A stretch of 40,334 bases of DNA from an uncultured bacterium (GCA_964481775.1 CAYZUX010000023.1:1-40334), one strand, 5' to 3'. Counted from the stretch's first letter, positions 8,617 through 20,023 are shown. Notes: generated from the sequence alone by a model not told the origin. Program-made: numbers and translations.

Positions 8617-10707
8617 TTAAAGAGACTCGAAATGCAATCGGATGGATTGCACTGCCATGATACGCGTTCCACACTGATTCAACCTTCCTTCCATCGGCTT
8701 AATAATCGGTAATGCATTTCCTGCATGATCTGTGACGCGCATCTTCTTTCCTTCAAGTATAGGAATGACAATTTCAAGATCCTCCGCAATGACCTCATCT
8801 TTAAATTCAATTTCAATAAAAGCCTCACCCACCGACATGCACCGCAATGAGAGGTTGAGCCGGATATTTTCACCAGTGGGAAGGATTAAATCCCTGATTG
8901 ACAATTCCTTTCCAGTTAACTCCAGGGGAACAAGGGGTGCGATACGGAGTCGCTGATTCATTCGATCATAGTCGATTCCGAACAGAAACTCGATGATGGC
9001 CTGTATATACAGAGATGCCGAGAAGCCGTAGCGGCTCACTCCTTCCCCCTTTCCGGTGCTCGGGACAATCCATTCATGGTAGTTCCTGTTGAAAGCTCTG
9101 ATGGTTGCCCAATTTAGCTCGGCCGCAAGATCGTGTTTTCCGGCATCCACTAGTCCGGCCATGACCGACCGGTTACGCATCGTCCAGACACTGCCGAACC
9201 ATGGATTCGTGGAACTGCCAGTGTAAGTTCCGATGGCCTCACCCCAACCCTTTTCCGTTTTGGCGAGGCTGGTTACGGGTAAGGCACCCCAGTTGAAAAG
9301 CGCTGGATCAAGAAGCTTGGGGATCAGCCGTTCAACTCTCTCCGGCGGAGCGATTTGGAAGCGCATCGGCTCAAACGTCGTGGATAAAAGCCGTTTTGTT
9401 GTCTTACTTTCGTGAACATTGTAATTGAAATAGGCTCCGTCGGTCTCACTCCACATATACTTGTTCATGGCCTCACGCAAACGATTAAAGGCGTTCCGGT
9501 AATAGGTGGTTTCTTCGGTCTTTCCAAGACTTTCAGCCAACACACTCACGTTGCGGCACCCTTCCGCAACCAGCACATTGAGATCAACGGGGGCGATTGT
9601 CGCGGGCAGTTCAAGAAACGGTTCACCATGGGTTTCCTCCGCCGTGCATGTGACCAATCCCGTTTTTTCGTCTCTCTTCACGGGGGAGAGCCACCATTCC
9701 AGGTATTTTTTCATGGACTGATAGATCTCTTCACGGAGTCTCAGGTCTCCGGTTCTGCGGGCCACGTCATAGGCTGCCTCGAAATACCACGGCATGGAGC
9801 TGACGTCAGCAGGTTGGCCGCGAACAACTGACTGGCCGAATAGATCGATTCGTCCGTCGGGATTCATGTTTTGGACGCCGATAAAACCCCGGATAATTCC
9901 TTCGGCCAACCCCTCGTTGGCCCATTTCGCCCCTGCGACGTTAAGGCTGGTATCAAACTGCCACCAGCACTCTCCATAGCTTCCTCCCGGTCCCAAAAAA
10001 GGATACTCAAATCCATAGAGGGGAACGTCCGTAAAAAGACACTCGTCGAGCACCTTGAATGCATCCTGGAAGTCCTCTTGTGAGATTCCCGGGATGCTGA
10101 CCTTCGGCACGACGTGATCGCTGGCCACATCTGGCCTGGGTGGGACCTTGCGAGGCTCTCCATCCGTGAATTCTATCCAATCGATCCAGATATCACCTTT
10201 TACCCGTAGGACTGGCCGGAAACGAATCTGGTCTATCGTCCCGGTCCATAGATTGTCCACATGACAGACCACCTCCTGCCAGTCTTTACAATAGGGTTTC
10301 ATGGGGAGATGGACCGTTCCCCAGATGCTTGACTTCCCTTCGATCCAGACATTTTTGTCTGGATTTTCTGCTGTTCTCCAATCGAAAAAAAAGTCGGTTT
10401 CCGGGGAGTAGTTTAAAATACGCATGCGGATTTTCTTAATCCGCGAAGCCGGAATATCCAACCCTTTGGGTGAAATGATATCTAATTCAGGATCAGGCGC
10501 GGCCAGCGTTGCCTTGACGAACATTTGGGCGTGGTATTCCCAGTCCATACGTTGTGGATCTGCCTGGAAGGTCAGCCACAAGGTCCCACCACAAACGGCG
10601 CCTCTGAGCGATTGGGGAACCGTCCAGCCTTCCCGATCACCCCAATGATTGAAGTCCCATCTTCTTTCGACGCTAGTACAGGACATGAGGATATGAAATA
10701 ATAACAA
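8617..10707 (-). CDS. Six-hairpin (alpha/alpha)6 glycoside-hydrolase-like protein (GH63/GH78-like fold) with N-terminal beta-sandwich domain
   Basis: 696-aa ORF. The C-terminal half (…DLFGQSVVRGQPADVSSMPWYFEAAYDVARRTGDLRLREEIYQSMKKYLEWWL…) has the Trp/acidic-rich pattern of six-hairpin glycosidases. No family assignment is possible by eye. Confidence 0.5.
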   Translation of the reverse strand: MLLFHILMSCTSVERRWDFNHWGDREGWTVPQSLRGAVCGGTLWLTFQADPQRMDWEYHAQMFVKATLAAPDPELDIISPKGLDIPASRIKKIRMRILNYSPETDFFFDWRTAENPDKNVWIEGKSSIWGTVHLPMKPYCKDWQEVVCHVDNLWTGTIDQIRFRPVLRVKGDIWIDWIEFTDGEPRKVPPRPDVASDHVVPKVSIPGISQEDFQDAFKVLDECLFTDVPLYGFEYPFLGPGGSYGECWWQFDTSLNVAGAKWANEGLAEGIIRGFIGVQNMNPDGRIDLFGQSVVRGQPADVSSMPWYFEAAYDVARRTGDLRLREEIYQSMKKYLEWWLSPVKRDEKTGLVTCTAEETHGEPFLELPATIAPVDLNVLVAEGCRNVSVLAESLGKTEETTYYRNAFNRLREAMNKYMWSETDGAYFNYNVHESKTTKRLLSTTFEPMRFQIAPPERVERLIPKLLDPALFNWGALPVTSLAKTEKGWGEAIGTYTGSSTNPWFGSVWTMRNRSVMAGLVDAGKHDLAAELNWATIRAFNRNYHEWIVPSTGKGEGVSRYGFSASLYIQAIIEFLFGIDYDRMNQRLRIAPLVPLELTGKELSIRDLILPTGENIRLNLSLRCMSVGEAFIEIEFKDEVIAEDLEIVIPILEGKKMRVTDHAGNALPIIKPMEGRLNQCGTRIMAVQSIRLHFESL

Positions 10708-10715
10708 AATTATGA

Positions 10716-13700
10716 TTAGAAAACATCTCCTTTTTGATTCAGCGATTCTGGCCCAACCAGATTAATACCGAGAATTCCGATGCCACCATCTGTTTCATAA
10801 ACACGTATCTCTATGGACTCCAGAATCCGCGTAGGATCAGCTGGGATGGTGAAAGCGGAAATCGATTGAAGCCAGTTTAGTTCCAGGGTTTCCACCTCAG
10901 TCGCAAATGGCTTTGTCATGCAATCAATGTTTCTGCCATAGATCAGCGGTATCATCTGGCGTGACCCATCAACATAATGTAACACGACACTACCCACTTC
11001 CATTCCGGTCAAGCGGATTTTGAATTCACTTGCCGTAAGAAATTCTATTCCTTTGACTCTTTTTCCAACAGGCAAGGAGAGATTAAACGGTTTGCCTGAA
11101 TGTGGTGTTCCAATTCTCAGGTCATACATTTCGAGATTACCAATCTCCAGCATGATGACGTTCGGCCAGCCAGTGGGAACCTGAAATTTGTAGCGCCCTA
11201 CGGCAAGGTTGCCTTCGGGTGAATCAGATTGAACGACATTCGTGAGATCGATTTTGATCGGGCCCCCGCCCCAGAAATTATATCTGTTCACTGAATCGCT
11301 GTTGAAATAGGGACTTAGTGAATAGTGTTCGCGAACCCCCTCAAGCACCATTGAGCTGGCAATCGCCGCTGGAGGATCGAATTCCATGTCGTGAGGAATC
11401 ACACGGTCGCGTGAGTGGGAAACCAGAAAGAGTGTACGAGGACCCATGCCATGGGTCAGTTGTCCTTCGAGTGTCACGTCGTTCACCCGGAAATCGGAAA
11501 ATATTTCTTGAGGATCTTCCACTTTCATATCTTGTTCCGGAAGCCTCCACTTAACCTTGCTTCCGGGAGTTATGTGGGATGGCAGCATCACATTTTTTTC
11601 TGGTGCGCGTGAAATAAGGTGAATCTTGTGAATCCTGGCCGGATTGAGATTGGCTCGGATATACCCGCCTGACGGGTGTGCTTCGAGGATCCAATTCAAG
11701 TCTTGGCCTCTCTGATCGGTGATGGATTCCGGAATGTGACCATGAAGCGGCAATCGCACATTGAGAGATTGTGGATGGCCAGACAATTCAAGGATGTATG
11801 TTCGATCTCCATGTGTTCCCTGGATTTGCATGGTGATGTCGCCGACGCGGAGCTGGGCTGACTGCCACGTTGTGGGAATTGATGGCTGCCATTCGATGGG
11901 CATTTTCGAATTGACACGCACAAAACCAAAGAGTCCAGAGACAACAGATTGAACATAAGCACCAGCGGGATTGGCGAAACCGTAATCCGGTTGTCCAAAA
12001 CCTGTGTCGCTCAGGCGCTCGGGAAAGCTACCGGGGGAATCAGTCAGGACGGTGACAGCCAATGCAGTTCCGTGTAACAGCGCCAACCCACGCTCTGGAC
12101 GTCCAGCTCGAAAATAGGCTTCAGCCGCCTCGGCCATTTGTACTGGATGCACTTGATCATTACCAAAAAGAGGTGGTTTGTAATCCCCAGTACGCATCAA
12201 GTGATCATCCAGCCAAAGCGTGCGATCAAGGGTCTTCAGGCAGACCCATGACTGTATGGCTGGTAGGTTTGAATAAAGCTGGGGAAATACGTAATCTGTA
12301 TAATAGTTTGCCTTCATTCGCATGCCCTGTGTGTCGATTCCGGCGATAAATTTTCCGTCGTCGGGTGACCAGAAACGCCGGAGGATTTCACTCTGCATAT
12401 ATGCAGCACGGTGGTGCCAATCTTCAGCCTTTTGCCGTTCACCTCGAGCCAATGCCATTTCAGCCATCATTACTAGGTTGTGAGCGATCATAGTCGAAGG
12501 AGTGAAGGCATCACCGGGCAGACTGAGATGATCGGCCTGGTAGAGAAACATGTTGCATCCCTGGTGCCAGTTCATGAGCAGGTTTCCTTCAGGATCCCTG
12601 ACTTTGCACATCTTTTCGAGACTATTGACGGTTTTCTCCCAAAGCTGGTTCAGGGTCACTGTATCGTCTGTTGCACGCCAATACCGGTGAAGTTGAAGAA
12701 TGTAATAGGGAAGACCTTCCTCGAATCCGTGATTGCCTGTAGTAAAAATCGATCCGTCAGCCATCCGGTTAGGGCAAGGTCCATCTACACTTTCACCAAA
12801 AAAAATCATGGCGTTCCGTGCTCGTTCGAGCTGGCCCAAAGCAATGGCTGCAGAAATCTGATAATTATTGACGATATAGCTGTTCCATTTGTGCAACCCT
12901 TCCAGCCATGCAGGCGGTTGATAGGCGTAATCCAGATTGACTACTGCGGCATGGAAGGCGCTATTCAAATATGGATCGGGGCTCTGAAGTCGGGCCTTGT
13001 CCAGAAGTGAATCGAAATAGGTCCGAGCCTCTTCACAGTATTCAGAAAATTTCTCTAACACAGGAAATGAATCCTGATCTGGTAGATTCGCACTTTCGAT
13101 CTGATATGCCAGCATTCGAAATTCATAAGGTTTTGATCTTGGCTTGATCTGGTGATGAAAAACAAGGCGATTTCCCATTCCATCTGATTCATCCGATGTG
13201 CTGATCTCAACTGATCCCAATGGTTCCGCTTTGATTTCGACTGTAATGGGTGTAGGTCCCTGGGCTTTGTACAATGGAGATGTTAAATCGAGCGATGCAC
13301 TAATTTTGCACCCGTGAGGTTTTACCTCAAGTTCGTTATTTTCAGCATCGTTCGTCTCACTAATGATATATGCTGCTTGCAGTATGGGATCTTTGCATAC
13401 CACTCCTCCATAAAAAAGGTCTATATTAGCATCATTATTGGCCATTCCTTGAATTTGGTGATAAACGATGCTTAATTGCACACAAATTCCTCGATTTGTC
13501 AGGGTAGATACGATTTCAATTATGAATGGAAAAATCTCTGTGGCGGCAAACTGATGTATAGTGCCCCATGGAAAGAAATGGGTTTTGGGGTGATCCATCT
13601 CATCAAGCCAGTGGTTCTTTCCACCGTATCGAATTCTTACTCGCAAATCACCCATGACGACAAAGGAAGGATTGAGGTCAGCAACACGGAACGTACGCAT

Positions 13701-14048
13701 CATGGCAATCCGGGGCAGATCTCCGGATACAAGGATAACCGGATCACGCCGTGCCACCCAGTTGAATGTCCAGAGACCGGCATGTGGTCGATCCTCCCCC
13801 TGACTTAATCGAATTAGGTCATTATCGGGCCATGTATTGTTGCCTCGTTGACGGTCGATCAGTTCAAAACTACCACTTTCATTAAGCAGACGATATTGAG
13901 CTCCTGATAATGGTTCATATCCTTTAGTTGTTGGATCCATTTTTGGTTCTGAACCTCCAACCGCAGCTATTTCCAATTGGAGCAACATGATGAATATGCA
14001 CTGCAGCATCAATGTCCAGAAAGGAAATAATGATAATAAAGGAGCCAT
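10716..14048 (-). CDS. Large secreted six-hairpin glycoside-hydrolase-like protein (~1110 aa)
   Basis: The ORF track gives 10716..14090. The Met at 14048 gives a signal peptide MAPLLSLFPFWTLMLQCIFIMLLQL. The central region (…NSYIVNNYQISAAIALGQLERARNAMIFFGESVDGPCPNRMADGSIFTTGNHGFEEGLPYYILQLHRYWRATDD…) is typical of (alpha/alpha)6 catalytic domains such as rhamnosidase/glucosidase-like families. Confidence 0.5.
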   Translation of the reverse strand: MAPLLSLFPFWTLMLQCIFIMLLQLEIAAVGGSEPKMDPTTKGYEPLSGAQYRLLNESGSFELIDRQRGNNTWPDNDLIRLSQGEDRPHAGLWTFNWVARRDPVILVSGDLPRIAMMRTFRVADLNPSFVVMGDLRVRIRYGGKNHWLDEMDHPKTHFFPWGTIHQFAATEIFPFIIEIVSTLTNRGICVQLSIVYHQIQGMANNDANIDLFYGGVVCKDPILQAAYIISETNDAENNELEVKPHGCKISASLDLTSPLYKAQGPTPITVEIKAEPLGSVEISTSDESDGMGNRLVFHHQIKPRSKPYEFRMLAYQIESANLPDQDSFPVLEKFSEYCEEARTYFDSLLDKARLQSPDPYLNSAFHAAVVNLDYAYQPPAWLEGLHKWNSYIVNNYQISAAIALGQLERARNAMIFFGESVDGPCPNRMADGSIFTTGNHGFEEGLPYYILQLHRYWRATDDTVTLNQLWEKTVNSLEKMCKVRDPEGNLLMNWHQGCNMFLYQADHLSLPGDAFTPSTMIAHNLVMMAEMALARGERQKAEDWHHRAAYMQSEILRRFWSPDDGKFIAGIDTQGMRMKANYYTDYVFPQLYSNLPAIQSWVCLKTLDRTLWLDDHLMRTGDYKPPLFGNDQVHPVQMAEAAEAYFRAGRPERGLALLHGTALAVTVLTDSPGSFPERLSDTGFGQPDYGFANPAGAYVQSVVSGLFGFVRVNSKMPIEWQPSIPTTWQSAQLRVGDITMQIQGTHGDRTYILELSGHPQSLNVRLPLHGHIPESITDQRGQDLNWILEAHPSGGYIRANLNPARIHKIHLISRAPEKNVMLPSHITPGSKVKWRLPEQDMKVEDPQEIFSDFRVNDVTLEGQLTHGMGPRTLFLVSHSRDRVIPHDMEFDPPAAIASSMVLEGVREHYSLSPYFNSDSVNRYNFWGGGPIKIDLTNVVQSDSPEGNLAVGRYKFQVPTGWPNVIMLEIGNLEMYDLRIGTPHSGKPFNLSLPVGKRVKGIEFLTASEFKIRLTGMEVGSVVLHYVDGSRQMIPLIYGRNIDCMTKPFATEVETLELNWLQSISAFTIPADPTRILESIEIRVYETDGGIGILGINLVGPESLNQKGDVF

Positions 14049-14169
14049 TTTGGATGTAATAACTTTACCAGAACAAGTTGATCTCAGCATGTAATCATAC
14101 TCTTCGGCGAATAAAAATAGAGATGATCCATCAGAGCGATGTGAATAAGGTGTTGGATCATTCCGTCAA

Positions 14170-16437
14170 TTATTTGTTAAGCACAAAGGATACATCCGCA
14201 CGTACAGGTATTCCCTCACTGTGGCGTATATCCAACTGATCTATCGCCAGTGCATAATGAGTTGTAGCATCCTCAGCGACAACACTGATAACATGTCTAC
14301 CAGCATCCAGAGGTTTTAGATCCAATGTGTACTCATTGCCTTGAATACTCCCCGCAACCTTTTCACTATCCAACAATACTGTGAAGGATGAAGGGGGATT
14401 TCCGATCAGTTCCCAACCGATACGTAAGGTATCTCCAGACAATGTTGCTCCTTCGAGTGGGGGGTATACGGCAAGCAGTGAATCGCGAGCGACCGGTTGC
14501 TTGAACAAGTCCACCATAGCTTGAGTCAGATTTGCATAGTAGTAACCCCACCCGCCATGATCACCACGATAGCCGGCCATGGTCAGAGATACTGGCTCAA
14601 GGTCATCGGACAGTTCAACGCTGTAACTGTCACCATACATCCCATTATCGTAAGGATAACCTTCGTTTTGACCTGTGAATTCATTCCATTGGTGAAAGGT
14701 GACGAACTGAGGTCGCTGAGCAAGTGCGGGTCTGAAAGACCGCAGGAAAGTCGTCCCATTACGCCTGCCATATGCCTCATTTCCCAGCCAACCGGTTCCT
14801 GTAAAGCAAGCTGGTGTCGGTGTAACAGCTTCAGGTTTACCATCAACACAAGTAATAACAGGTTCAACAGAGCCGTCCATCCAGGACCAATATCCATATC
14901 TATCCATCCTGTTGTCCTGTAATTGCGTCCCCACATAACGGATAGTGAATCGGTCATTATTGATTTTTGGTCCTGGTAATTGATCCGCTGGTGTGGGAAG
15001 TGTATACAATAGGGTGATGAGTGGTTTCCCATCATAAATCACCCACAAATCATGAAAACGTGGATTCCTGATAAATGATTCGTAAAGCCAATCAAGTTCT
15101 TCATTGACTGTTTCGGTAGTATTTGATGGACCATTACACAAGAATGCCATGATGACCATGGCGGGAACCTGATAACCCTCATCTCGAAGTTGTGCCAGCC
15201 CTTCAAGCATAAGTGTTGTCACATGAACTTGTGAAACTCCGAAGGCGTTGCGATTGCTCCAGTGTTGCTTCCCATGTGAATCAGGTTCAATATGAATGGG
15301 CCAGTCGGCAATCAGATAATCAATCCCTAAATCAAGAAACCACAAAATCTGCTGACGAATGACATCTGGGTGAAAGGATTCATAAAATCCAGTTAATGGC
15401 ACCGCCTGGGTATTCTGCCAATAAAATCCGTTTGGAAAAAAATAACTTCCCCATTGCATCCCTATGAGATGATTCGGATCACGACGACAAGGGATCGAAC
15501 GGCGACGAACTTCCACTTGGAAAGATTTGGATACAATGGCAGTCTGCGGCAATAAGCGACCTGCAAATAGATCATCACGATGAATGTTTCCGGGCCAGGT
15601 TTCAAATAACGCATTGGGCAATATGTCATCCCACAGCCTTCCCAGAATTCGGACTGGTGTGACTGAGCACATAGACGTTTGATCCGATTCGAGAGGAACA
15701 GGGCTTAAACATGAGGGGGACTGTACCCAAGATATCCAACTTCGATCCGTTGTGATAAAACGGTCTATCCCCTCGATCCGCATTCGTAATTGTGCAGCGA
15801 GACAAGCTAAACTGGTGTTGTTAGATGCCTCAATGGAAATCGTATTCACACCAATTATGAACAGTTCAGGGGAGATTACCATACAAGTATCGGCTTGAAC
15901 TCCAGTTGCCTCACCCAGTAAGTTGTCGTTGATAATCACCTTACATTGACCATTGACAGCAATCCGGATATCCGCTTCACTTACCGATGTATTGAGAGTG
16001 AATCGATTTCCCAGGTGTGCTGTTTTACTTTGAGCATCCTGCGTCCAAATCCAGCAGGTGTCGAAAATATCGGGGATACCCCGTACAACTATTTGTTGAA
16101 GACCAACATTGGGCAGGGGCAGTATAATTCGTGCACGCCCTTTTGTGTTTGTTACCTCATGTGACCCCCAACGTCGTTCATTTACATATGGCAGTATAAG
16201 ACAATTTGGAATAGGTACACCATTTTCATCACTGACAAAGACATCTAGGCATACGGATCGACCCATCTCAATGACAGATGGATCCAGATGCACCTGGATC
16301 TGTAAGGATGATGCAAATGAATTCATGCTACAGGCTGTCACTATGGCTATGATGAATGGACCTTTTTCAGAAATAATTACCACTATCGTTTGGCCTTGAT
16401 AATATTTGTCATTGGGGGATGATGACATCAATGTCAA
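14170..16437 (-). CDS. Putative secreted glycoside hydrolase (TIM-barrel GH-like core) with C-terminal Ig-like/beta-sandwich domain; possible lipoprotein
   Basis: 755-aa ORF. The N-terminus has a lipobox-like …FIIAIVTAC. The core (…GIDYLIADWPIHIEPDSHG…MVIMAFLCNGP…DLWVIYDGKPLI…) resembles GH-like TIM barrels. Family is not resolved. Confidence 0.4.
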   Translation of the reverse strand: MTLMSSSPNDKYYQGQTIVVIISEKGPFIIAIVTACSMNSFASSLQIQVHLDPSVIEMGRSVCLDVFVSDENGVPIPNCLILPYVNERRWGSHEVTNTKGRARIILPLPNVGLQQIVVRGIPDIFDTCWIWTQDAQSKTAHLGNRFTLNTSVSEADIRIAVNGQCKVIINDNLLGEATGVQADTCMVISPELFIIGVNTISIEASNNTSLACLAAQLRMRIEGIDRFITTDRSWISWVQSPSCLSPVPLESDQTSMCSVTPVRILGRLWDDILPNALFETWPGNIHRDDLFAGRLLPQTAIVSKSFQVEVRRRSIPCRRDPNHLIGMQWGSYFFPNGFYWQNTQAVPLTGFYESFHPDVIRQQILWFLDLGIDYLIADWPIHIEPDSHGKQHWSNRNAFGVSQVHVTTLMLEGLAQLRDEGYQVPAMVIMAFLCNGPSNTTETVNEELDWLYESFIRNPRFHDLWVIYDGKPLITLLYTLPTPADQLPGPKINNDRFTIRYVGTQLQDNRMDRYGYWSWMDGSVEPVITCVDGKPEAVTPTPACFTGTGWLGNEAYGRRNGTTFLRSFRPALAQRPQFVTFHQWNEFTGQNEGYPYDNGMYGDSYSVELSDDLEPVSLTMAGYRGDHGGWGYYYANLTQAMVDLFKQPVARDSLLAVYPPLEGATLSGDTLRIGWELIGNPPSSFTVLLDSEKVAGSIQGNEYTLDLKPLDAGRHVISVVAEDATTHYALAIDQLDIRHSEGIPVRADVSFVLNK

Positions 16438-17797
16438 GTGTTTTACAGGCTATTTTCATGTGTTCAGTGTAATCACCATAAATCATGTGTATATGATTGC
16501 TGCGTAATTCTTTAAGGAAACCTTCTGCTGAACAATCCAGTTTGATGAAAGCTTGAGGTTGCTGGTAGTTTACTTCCCGTAATGCTTCACGATCACGTTC
16601 CTCAGCCGTCCCTGTCGTAATAAGCATGGAATGACGATCCCGGATGCGGCTGAGCCTGGCAAGAGTCACTTTTCCGGGTTTTGCAACATATTGTGGACAG
16701 GCTCCTCCAATTTTCCAACGGAATTCACGTAAACCCTCTGTTTCCCAATAGACTTCCTTTCGGTTTTTTGCAAACTCCGTTGGTTGTGAACCGCAATTGC
16801 AGAGAGTCATAGAAGCATTATTACAGCAAAACTTCAACACATCGGCGAAAAGCGAAGGGCCGCCGCTGATCAATCTCATGATCTGCATTGTCAGGGCTCC
16901 ATTGGCATCTGATTCGCAACCACAGACCAGACTTTCTTTAGGTCCATAGAAATCATTTCTATCATTAAGCAAGGCGATTGCAAGACAAAATGTTGTGTAT
17001 ATTTCAGGCAATTCAGGTAAACACTTGACAGCAATAAAATCATATCCTTTTTCACGTATTAATTCCAATAATGCAATATATAGCCTGATTTGTGAGAGCA
17101 TTACTTTGTCGGTTGGAACAACTCTTCCAAATTCCTTTTTCACCCAATCCAGGAATCGATTGGGTTCATCATTCTCTATAGCTTGAGCTCGTTCCACAAC
17201 CTGGACTTGTTCCCAATTATCCACATCGATGCCAAATTTATTACGCCATTCGACAGGATCGATTAGTGCTGTATACATCCCCATGGAACGGAATCCTCCA
17301 TTACCGAATGTCTGCCCCCGAAGACGCATTGCAGCAGAATACCCTCGTATCAGTACTTCCAGGTTTTCTACAAATATCTTGTCATCGGCTACCCCATGGA
17401 CCAATGTGTTGGGGATTCCCATCACATCCAGTGAACCACGAACGATACTTGCACCGACAATTCCATAGGAGCCTGGAGAAGCATCAGACCACACGATGAC
17501 TGGTAAATCTGCTGAAAGGCTGGCAGTGATTGAAGTATTCGCATATGTCCAGGTGGCAACCTGTAATATCAGGACTTCAGCATGTTGTGCACGCAGTTCT
17601 TCTCCCTGACATTTCATCTCATCGTTAGTTCGTGAAATGCCTTGTTTCGTGACCACTTCACAACCCATATCCTTAAGCATGTTGATCGCTTTGGCATGGA
17701 TGGCACAAGCGTGGTCAACGATGGCCTGTGGCCATGTTGTATCCTGGGACATTGTTGTGATCAGGCCGACCCGAGGAATGTGAGTATTACGTTTCAT
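16409..17797 (-). CDS. L-fucose isomerase family protein (FucI/AraA-like, COG2407-type short form)
   Basis: 462 aa. The N-terminal Rossmann-like segment (RVGLITTMSQDTTWPQAIVDHACAIHAKAINMLKDMGCEVV) and C-terminal …NHIHMIYGDYTEHMKIACKTLDIDVI are typical of the L-fucose/L-arabinose isomerase family. A 29-bp overlap with the downstream GH gene suggests one operon. Confidence 0.5.
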   Translation of the reverse strand: MKRNTHIPRVGLITTMSQDTTWPQAIVDHACAIHAKAINMLKDMGCEVVTKQGISRTNDEMKCQGEELRAQHAEVLILQVATWTYANTSITASLSADLPVIVWSDASPGSYGIVGASIVRGSLDVMGIPNTLVHGVADDKIFVENLEVLIRGYSAAMRLRGQTFGNGGFRSMGMYTALIDPVEWRNKFGIDVDNWEQVQVVERAQAIENDEPNRFLDWVKKEFGRVVPTDKVMLSQIRLYIALLELIREKGYDFIAVKCLPELPEIYTTFCLAIALLNDRNDFYGPKESLVCGCESDANGALTMQIMRLISGGPSLFADVLKFCCNNASMTLCNCGSQPTEFAKNRKEVYWETEGLREFRWKIGGACPQYVAKPGKVTLARLSRIRDRHSMLITTGTAEERDREALREVNYQQPQAFIKLDCSAEGFLKELRSNHIHMIYGDYTEHMKIACKTLDIDVIIPQ

Positions 17798-17926
17798 TTT
17801 AATCTCCCTTCTCCTTTTTTTACAAAGTAAATTTTTACAAATAAAACAGAAACTGAAGGTTGATTGTGTTTTACCAGTTCTTCGTCTTTTGAGCCACTGA
17901 AATAAAACAGAATATTTATATACTGT

Positions 17927-19945
17927 TCATTTCTCATCTACAGTCATGTTGATATTATGATTAATCTCGATATTCTGATTGGTTCCTTTGAGAATTGGTT
18001 TTCCAGAGGAGATGATGGTATTACCGAATATCGATCCATCCTGAAGATTCTCGAGTAGAAGGCTTGTTGTTGTATCACTGAAAAGATTGGTTGAGACAGC
18101 TAGTCCCAACTGATCTTTGAGAATAAGTCCGGTTTGACAGCAATCAAGAATATTCCCAGTCATGGTCAGATTCCTGGAATCCCGTGCATGAATTCCCTGT
18201 AAAAAACCTTTTAACATATTTCCGGTAAGGGTAGTGTTCCTGGATTTATAAAAAACAATTCCATTTTTTCCCCGGTCAGCCAGTCCTCTAAAGGTATTAT
18301 TATTTAAGGTAATATCCTCACATTCATGCAGGATGACTGAGGAGCCTTTTGTTCCAGTAAACTGATTGTTAGCAATCGTTGCCTGACAAACGCGATTTAA
18401 AAACATGCCAGTTTCCTGAATATCCTCGAGGATTGGGAGGTAATATGTTTTATTTCCGGTAATTTTTACACCCTGCATCCAGACTGAACTTTTTAACTTT
18501 TCGTTCTTGTTAGATTCATTTCCATTAGAATCAATAATATTTATTAATATGTCAGATTGGTGTGGATATTCCTTTTCTCCTAATGTAATTGGATTGCGGA
18601 AATCATTAAAGATGTTATCTGTTATCATGATATCTTTGACCGCAACATCGGATTGAATCAATGGATTGGTTGTGCGTATATAAATGCAACGGTCACCACC
18701 ACCTGAAGAAAACTCATTACTATGAATTGTCAATCCCCTGAGATTACCTTCAATATAAAAGAATGCTCCATCTTTTGGAGTTTTTCCTGCACAGCAATTA
18801 TATGTAAACACTATCGAACGGCTGATGAGTTCTGAGCCAAAACCTGGATCGATCCCACCCGGCTTGGGTGGCAGGTTAAGATAAATACCCGACCAATTTG
18901 GATCTTCAGATGGATTCGGAAGCCAAAGAGAGTTTATGTAACAATGGTCGATAATCATGTTGTAGACTGGATTGGTAGGAGGATTGCTGAACCTTTCATC
19001 ATCCTTGGATATGGTTGTCCCATCCATATAAATAAATTGAGAGCCAATATATGTGCAATGGATTAACTCAACCTGCTCCATAAAATGGCCTTCACTTTTG
19101 AAGAAGGTATTCCATTGATGTGGTTCATCAGTAGGAGCCGGAGCATAGGCATTGACGTCAATGAATTTAGCAGGTCCAGCAATGGTATCACCCTGATTAA
19201 TATATATCGCATTATGAACATGGAGAATAAACATACTGTGGACATATACATTCAACCATGGCCCGAGGCTACGGATGCCGGTTTTGAATGGACGGTAAAA
19301 TCCATCTATAACGATATTGTTACCAGTTGCATTGATATTAACATTCAGGATTTGTGGATCAGTATGCCACGAAGGTTGAGTCACTTGAGTTTCCAGGAGG
19401 ATAGCAGTCTGATGTGGGTTTTTATCCCACTCTGAAGAGTTTTGCTGTTGAAAATCTGCTGATTGGATTGAAAGATTTTCAACCGTACAATTGCTATGAG
19501 CTATTTTAATAGTAGATCTTACATCAAGGTTTTTCTGCCTAATAATAGTAGAATTAATACCATCTCCAGAAAAGGTTTGGTATTTTGCAGTAGTAAAAAT
19601 ACTGGCATCTTGTCCTGGCGCAGAACCATTAAAATAATAGGTGCCGGCTGGAAAATGAATGCGACAACACTCCCCTATGCCAGCAACACTCAATATCTCG
19701 TTCATACGAAGTGTGTTGTTGTTAGCAATGGTTTCCTTATAGGACGCGCTAGAGATGATGGGTTCTTTCACAAAGTATCCATCGACTCGAGTCACATTGA
19801 TAAAATTCTTTGAATTTGAAGTTACATTTGTTTCCATATTCGAGTTCATCTGTGTTTTCTGATTATGATTCTGTTCTTCCGTGAAACAGAATTGGACCAA
19901 AGTAGTTAAAAAAAACATAAAAGTGATTACAGATAAATTGATCAT
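17927..19945 (-). CDS. Secreted right-handed parallel beta-helix repeat protein (pectate-lyase fold; polysaccharide lyase/hydrolase-like)
   Basis: Signal peptide MINLSVITFMFFLTTLVQFCF. PbH1-like repeats include …NNQFTGTKGSSVILHECEDITLNNNTFRG…IVFYKSRNTTLTGNMLKG…SRNLTMTGNIL…. The gene is AT-rich and Asn-rich. Confidence 0.6.
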   Translation of the reverse strand: MINLSVITFMFFLTTLVQFCFTEEQNHNQKTQMNSNMETNVTSNSKNFINVTRVDGYFVKEPIISSASYKETIANNNTLRMNEILSVAGIGECCRIHFPAGTYYFNGSAPGQDASIFTTAKYQTFSGDGINSTIIRQKNLDVRSTIKIAHSNCTVENLSIQSADFQQQNSSEWDKNPHQTAILLETQVTQPSWHTDPQILNVNINATGNNIVIDGFYRPFKTGIRSLGPWLNVYVHSMFILHVHNAIYINQGDTIAGPAKFIDVNAYAPAPTDEPHQWNTFFKSEGHFMEQVELIHCTYIGSQFIYMDGTTISKDDERFSNPPTNPVYNMIIDHCYINSLWLPNPSEDPNWSGIYLNLPPKPGGIDPGFGSELISRSIVFTYNCCAGKTPKDGAFFYIEGNLRGLTIHSNEFSSGGGDRCIYIRTTNPLIQSDVAVKDIMITDNIFNDFRNPITLGEKEYPHQSDILINIIDSNGNESNKNEKLKSSVWMQGVKITGNKTYYLPILEDIQETGMFLNRVCQATIANNQFTGTKGSSVILHECEDITLNNNTFRGLADRGKNGIVFYKSRNTTLTGNMLKGFLQGIHARDSRNLTMTGNILDCCQTGLILKDQLGLAVSTNLFSDTTTSLLLENLQDGSIFGNTIISSGKPILKGTNQNIEINHNINMTVDEK

Positions 19946-20023
19946 ATAAAATTTCCTTCATTCCATAGATTAAAAAATATCAGAAGACCAATGTTTACAA
20001 ACATATCCTTGAATTCTCAAAAA